Source of the DNA: the human T2T-CHM13v2.0 reference genome, Homo sapiens
Assembly (NCBI RefSeq): GCF_009914755.1
Contig: NC_060941.1
Reading direction: 5' to 3' (one strand)
Length of the DNA stretch: 64,000 nucleotides
Positions 57,505 to 64,000 of the stretch are shown here, piece by piece. Made by a program: the position numbers and the translations under genes. Numbering within the stretch: the first letter of the stretch is position 1; every line of letters starts with the position of its first letter. The notes beneath the pieces were generated by a model, which was not told where the DNA came from, ran no database searches, and saw only the letters and a list, made by a program, of their open reading frames with translations.

Positions 57505-59292
57505 TTAAAATGTGATTTATCAGAGACTAGGATTGCAACCCCTGCCTTTTTTTTGTTTTCCATTTGCTTGGTAGATCTTTCTCCATCCTTTTATTTTGAG
57601 CCTATGTGTGTCTCTACACGTGAGATGGGTTTCCTGAATACAGCACACTGATGGGTCTTGACTCTTTATCCAATTTGCCAGTCTGTGTCTTTTAATTGGA
57701 GCATTTAGTCCATTTACATTTACAGTTAATATTGTTATGTGTGAATTTGATCCTGTCATTATGATGTTAGCTGGTGATTTTGCTTGTTAGTTGATGCAGT
57801 TTCTTCCTATTCTCGATGGTCTTTACATTTTGGCATGATTTTGCAGCAGCTGGTACCGGTTGTTCCTTTCCATGTTTAGCACTTCCTTCAGGAGCTCTTT
57901 TAGGGCAGGCCTGGTGGTGACAAAATCTCTCAGCATTTGCTTGTCTGTAAAGGATTTTATTTCTCCTTCACTTATGAAGCTTAGTTTGGCTGGATATGAA
58001 ATTCTGGGTTGAAAATTCTTTTCTTTAAGAATGTTGACTATTGGCCCCCACTCTCTTCTGGCTTGTAGGGTTTCTGCCGAGAGATCAGCTGTTAGTCTGA
58101 TGGGCTTCCCTTTGAGGGTAACCCGACCTTTCTCTCTGGCTGCCCTTAACATTTTTTCCTTCATTGTTCAACTTCGGTGAATCTGACAATTATGTGTCTT
58201 GGAGTTGCTCTTCTCAAGGAGTATCTTTGTGGTGTTCTCTGTATTTCCTGAATCTGAACGTTGGCCTGCCTTGCTAGATTGGGGAAGTTCTCCTGGATAA
58301 CATCCTGCAGAGTGTTTTCCAACTTGGTTCCATTCTCCCCATCACTTTCAGGTACACCAATCCGACGTAGATTTGGTCTTTTCACATAGTCCCATATTTC
58401 TTGGAGGCTTTGCTCATTTCTTTTTATTCTTTTTTCTCTAAACTTCCCTTCTCACTTCATTTCATTCATTTCATCTTCCATCGCTGATACCCTTTCTTCC
58501 AGTTGATCGCATCGGCTCCTGAGGCTTCTGCATTCTTCACGTAGTTCTCGAGCCTTGGTTTTCAGCTCCATCAGCTCCTTTAAGCACTTCTCTGTATTGG
58601 TTATTCTACTTATACATTCTTCTAAATTTCTTTCAAAGTTTTCAACTTCTTTGCCTTTGGTTTGAATGTCCTCCCGTAGCTCAGAGTAATTTGATCGTCT
58701 GAAGCCTTCTTCTCTCAGCTCGTGAAAGTCATTCTCCATCCAGCTTTGTTCCATTGCTGGTGAGGAACTGCATTCCTTTGGAGGAGGAGAGGCGCTCTGC
58801 ATTTTAGAGTTTCCAGTTTTTCTGTTCTGTTTTTTCCCCATCTTTGTGGTTTTATCTACTTTTGGTCTTTGATGATGGTGATGTACAGATGGGTTTTTGG
58901 TGTGGATGTCCTTTCTGTTTGTTAGTTTTCCTTCTAACAGACAGGACCCTCAGCTGCAGGTCTGTTGGAATACCCTGCCGTGTGAGATGTCAGTGTGCCC
59001 CTGCTGGGGGGTGCCTCCCAGTTAGGCTGCTCGGGGGTCAGGGGTCAGGGACCCACTTGAGGAGGCCGTCTGCCCATTCTCAGATCTCCAGCTGTGTGCT
59101 GGGAGAACCACTGCTCTCTTCAAAGCTGTCAGACAGGGACATTTAAGTCTGCAGAGGTTACTGCTGACTTTTTGTCTGTGCCCTGCCCCCAGAGGTGGAG
59201 CCTACAGAGGCAGGCAGGCCTCCTTGAGCTGTGGTGGGCTCCACCCAGTTCGAGCTTCGCGGCTGCTTTGTTTACCTAAGCAAGCCTGGGCA

Positions 59293-59460
59293 ATGGCGGG
59301 CGCCCCTCCTCCAGCCTCGCTGCCGCCTTGCAGTTTGATCTCAGACTGCTGTGCTAGCAATCAGCGAGACTCCGTGGGTGTAGGACTCTCCGAGCCAGGT
59401 GCGGGATATAATCTCATGGTGCGCTGCAGTCCGAAAAGCGCAATATTCGGGTGGGAGTGA
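59293..59460 (+). pseudogene. L1 ORF0 (antisense), frameshifted after ~44 codons
   Basis: MAGAPPPASLPPCSLISDCCASNQRDSVGVG… matches ORF0; a deletion near 59425 shifts the frame to a TGA at 59458. Confidence 0.8.
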
Positions 59461-61244
59461 CCCGATTTTCCAGGTGCGTCCGTCACCCCTTTCTTTGACT
59501 CAGAAAGGGAACTCCCTGACCCCTTGCACTTCCCAAGTGAGGCAATGCCTCGCCCTGCTTCAGCTGGCGCACGGTGTGCACACCCACTGACCTGCGCCCA
59601 CTGTCTGGCACTCCCTAGTGAGATGAACCTGGTACCTCAGATGGAAATGCAGAAATCACCCGTCTTCTGCGTTGCTCACGCTGGGAGCTGTAGACCAGAG
59701 CTGTTCCTATTCGGCCATCTTGGCTCCTCCCCTCTTATGCCTGTCTTTACTGCAATCTCCGAACATAAATTGTGAAGATTTCATGGACATTTATCAGTTC
59801 CCAAATAATACTCTTATAATTTCTTATGCCTGTCTTTAATCTCTTAACTCTGTTATCTTTGTAAGCAGAGAATGTACGTCACCTCAGGACCACTATTGTA
59901 CAAACTGATTGTAAAACATGTGTTTGAACAATATGAAATGAGTGCACCTTGAAAAGAACAGAATAACAGCGATTTTAAGGAACAAGGGAAGACAACCATA
60001 AGGTCTGACTGCCTGCAGGATTGGGCAGAATAGAGCCATATTTTTCTTCTTGCAGAGAGCCTATAAATGGACGTGCAAGTAGGAGAGATATTGCTAAATT
60101 CTTCTCCTAGCAAGGAATATTAAATATTAAGACCCTAGCAAAATAATTGCATTCCTGGGTGGAGGTCTATAAATTGCCGCTCTGGGAGCATCTGTCTTAT
60201 GCAGTTGAGATAAGGACTGAAATACGCCCTGGTCTCCTGTAGTACTACCTCAGGCTTACTAGGATTGGGAAATTCCAGCCTGGTAAATTTTGGTCAGACC
60301 AGTTCTCTGCTCTCAAACCCTGTTTTCTGTTAAGGTGTTTATCAAAACAATATGTGCACAGCTGAACATAGACCCTCATCAGTAATTCTAATTTTGCCTT
60401 TGCCTTGTGATCTTTGCTTTGCCCTTTGCCTTGTGATCTTTATTGGCCTCAGAAACATGTGATCTTTGTGACCTACTCCCTGTTCGTACATCCCCTCCCC
60501 TTTTGAAATCCTTAATAAAAACTTGCTGGTTTTGCAGCTCAGGTGGACATCACGGACCTGCCAATATGTGATGTCACCCTCGGAGGCCCAGCTGTAAAAT
60601 TCCTCTCTTTGTACTCTTTCTCTTTATTTCTCAGACTGGCCGACACTTAGGGAAAATAGAAAGAACCTGCATTGAAATATTGGGGGCATGTTCCCCCAAT
60701 AAAAGATTTTATGACAAAAATGCCAAAAGCAATTGCAACAAAAGAAAAAATTGACAAAAGGGAGGCAATTAAACTAAAGAGCTTCTGCACAGCAAGATAA
60801 ACTATCATCAGAGTGAACAGACAACCTACAGAATGGGAGAAAAATTTTCCAGTCTATCCATCTGAAAAAGGTCTAATATCCAGAGTCTACAAGGAACTTA
60901 AACAAATTTACAAGAAAAAAACAACCAACCCCATCAAAAAGTGGGCAAAGGACATGAACAGACACTTCTCAAAAGAAGACATTCATGCCGCCAAAAACAT
61001 ATGAAAAAAAGCTCAACATCACTGATCATTAGAGAAATGTAAATCAAAACCACAATTAAGATATCATCTCACACCAGTCAGAATGGCAATTACTAAAAAG
61101 TCAAGAAACAACAGATGCTGGCGAGGTTGCGGAGAAAAAGGAGCGCTTTTACATTGTTAGTGGGAGTGTAAATTAGTTCAACCACTGTGGAAGACAGTAT
61201 GGCGATTCCTCAGAGATCTAGAAGCAGAAATACCATCTTTACTA

Positions 61245-62620
61245 TTTTTAAGTGTACAATTCAGTGGTAACATTTATATTCTTTTGTTTTCTCTTCATCC
61301 CCTGCCTTCCACCTACCATTCCTGGCCTCTGGTAACCACTATTCTACTATCGTCATGAAAAACACTATTATTAGCTTCCACATATGAGTGAGAACATGCA
61401 ACATTTGTCTTTCTTTGCTTGGCTAATTTCACCTAACATAATGACCCCCAGTTCCATCATGTTGCTGCAAATGACAGAATTTCGTTCTTCTATATGGCTG
61501 AATAATATTCCATCACTGTAGATTTACAATACATATTCATGCCTCATTCTGGAAATTTCCGTCATTACTATCTTTCCTCCCAAATGTTTTTGACTGCTCT
61601 CACATGTTTTCTCTTCCAGGTTGACTATAGAATTATTTTTGCTGATTGAGTTTTTCTACCATTGGGATTTTAAGCAGAACTGGGTTAAATTTATAGATTG
61701 ATTTCAGAAGAATTGACAGCCTTACAATATTAGATCTTTCCATATAGAGGCATACAATCATCTATCCATTTATTCAAGTGTTATTTCTAGAGAAGAGTGT
61801 CATAGGCTTTTAAAAATTAGAGTTTCTGCCTTTTTAATAAGTCTAATTCTAAATATGTAGTAAGTTTTTTAACTATTGTGAAGTGAATATTTTAATATGA
61901 GATGAATATTTTAGGGTTCTTATACATATTGCTAAACTCTTCAACAGGAAGGTGACAGTTTGTCTCCATTAGAAATCACTGTGTCCATTTCACTGTAACA
62001 TCACAAGTACTAACTAGTTTTATTCATTGCTAATTTGAGAGGCAAAAGTATAACTTTACTTTGCCTTTTCTGCTTATGAGTGAAGCCATTATCTCTTATC
62101 TGTTAAATATGTTTTCATTTGTCTGTTTGTAAATTGCCTTTATGTTCTTGGCTTATGTATTCACCAGTATCTCAGTGTTTTCATATGCATTTCTTAGATC
62201 TTTACATGGTAAAAATATTAACCTTTTCATATTTTCTGCAAATATTTCTCCAAGTCTGTTTTTTGCCTTTTAACTTGGTTAACTTTTCCATAAATTTTAA
62301 AAAATGTTTATGCAGTCAAATCTGTTGATATTTCTTTGTGCCTTCTTCCTTTGCTTGTATGCCTGGAATATTAATCTAGCCTTTCTTTTGATACATTTTA
62401 TAAATATATGTATCCAAGAGGGATTTTTCCAATGAATAATCAATTACCTCAACACTATGTATTGAGTATTTCACTCCCTGCCCCACCCCTACTGATTTGT
62501 GATATTTAATTTATGCATATATTAAATTATTTTAAGTTTAAAAATGTGTTTCTGATCTGCATCTTCCATTCCATCAATTTTCTATTCCTAAATCACTATG
62601 GCTCAAATTGTTACACAATA
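61245..62620 (-). mobile_element. Old L1M fragments (host of the nested stack)
   Basis: L1MA-type 3'UTR 'tttttaagtgtacaattcagtgg…catatgagtgagaacatgc' continues the sequence at 52150-52192; degraded T-rich L1 sequence follows. Confidence 0.6.
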
Positions 62621-64000
62621 ACAATCACCCCCACACATTTCCAGTCATTTAGACACCAGCCAGAGACTACACTTTACATACATTATCTCATTTAACTCTT
62701 AGAACAAAAGTCCCATGAGGCAAATGTTAGAATTTTCATTTTATAGATGAAGAAAGCCCCAGGAAGAAAAAGTCTGACAGAGAACACATTCCAGCTTTGT
62801 CTTCATTCTTTTTCCCAGTTTGTTTAAGAATACACCACCTGGCTTCTCTCAATCCAATTTTTCTTACTTAGTGCCCATGCATACCTCCTACCACCTCCTA
62901 ATTTGGATTCAGGGTCAGATCAGCCAAACAACTGACAAGGTGCCAACACATAACAAGTGCTAAAATGTCACTGCAACATTTCCACTCTGATTTACTCACG
63001 CAACTCCTTTCATAACTGGCAAATGCAAACTTACAAACCATTCCTGCCGGAACACGCAGAGCCCTCCAGTGGAAGTTTCAGAAACTCTCCTTGCCAACGC
63101 TGCCTATCTTCATTCAACATTTTGTGGCATGTCTGTGGAAATAATGACAGGTCATCAGCCCTGCCATCAGCCAAGCATTCACTAGTCATCCAAATACAAC
63201 AGGTGATGTAGGCTAAAATTCTAAAACTGAACAACTCACAGTACAGTGCTTTTCAGTGATGATAATTCATTTTTTCCCTATTGTCTAAATTTTAAACATT
63301 TTAATCTGTACCTTGAAAAGTTATCTGGTTTAAAAAATCACAAAAGAAAACTGAAGACAGGATAAATGGAAAGTGTTTTGCTGATGTGAATGCCAGGAAA
63401 ACAATAATTTTCATACATATTTTGACAAAATTTTAGAACTATATTTATATAAACTTTATGTGTAAGAAGTGTAACTAATGATAGATACAAATAGTGGAAA
63501 AAACATTAAATAAAAGAATTTCAAATAAACTTAGATGTTATGTTCAGTGTAACTACTAAATCCATTAATGGTAGCCAACCAAGAGAGATGTGCAATTATT
63601 AATTGAAAATCTACTTCATGCTCTACAATAAATATTTGAATAAATGTATAAAGAATATCAATTTGAAGATGTATCCAAATCTTACACTGTCTGGGTTGCC
63701 AGACACCATACTTTAGCTGCGCTCATACCTGAGATGTCCTCTTAACTCTTTCCCCTCTAGACTAGACAGACTTCTCCACAAAATCAAGAAATTGGGTATC
63801 ATTTTTTAAAAAAACTTCCTCAGAACCCAGCACACATGATCACCATCAATTAATGTTTTCTGAGTAAACAAACGCTGCATCCCTCCTCACTCCTACCTAA
63901 CCCCAATTTAGCTCCTCTTCAGAAAGACCAGTTCTTCCACCCCTTTGACTGTGTTCTCCATCTTATGGAAGATAATTACACAGAAAACAAAAGATTCACC

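Noticed and set aside
59762-59840. Repeat of the 52878-52963 sequence, including the TSD motif
   Set aside because: Internal tandem unit typical of MER11 LTRs; not a new rearrangement.

Overview
Primate (almost certainly human) genomic DNA from the 17p13.3 olfactory receptor cluster. It contains two full-length class II OR genes on the minus strand: OR3A2 (4196-5143) and OR3A1 (18128-19075, carrying the R125Q MAYDR>MAYDQ allele). On the plus strand is a fused double-OR locus, OR3A4P plus an OR3A5P-like remnant (36743-38366). The rest is mostly interspersed repeats: about 14 Alus, several L1PA/L1M elements (three with twin-priming 5' inversions), a MER11 solo LTR, MER47A/MER5/MER58/MIR/L2 fragments and a tailless U2 snRNA retrocopy. 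The right third is a nested insertion stack: old L1M > inverted L1PA > MER11 LTR > full-length L1PA2/3. The most unusual observations are (i) a ~600-bp palindromic 25-mer minisatellite apparently built by fold-back copying of local L1 ORF2 sequence, (ii) a 578-bp perfectly identical tract between two L1s of different age, plus unusual variants shared by three L1s that bracket the OR genes, and (iii) an in-frame OR-OR fusion junction with a possible 9-nt templated insertion. I see no evidence for a new protein-coding system; almost all short ORFs in the track are repeat-derived or antisense shadows. Gene names and repeat subfamilies were assigned from memory, not by database search.
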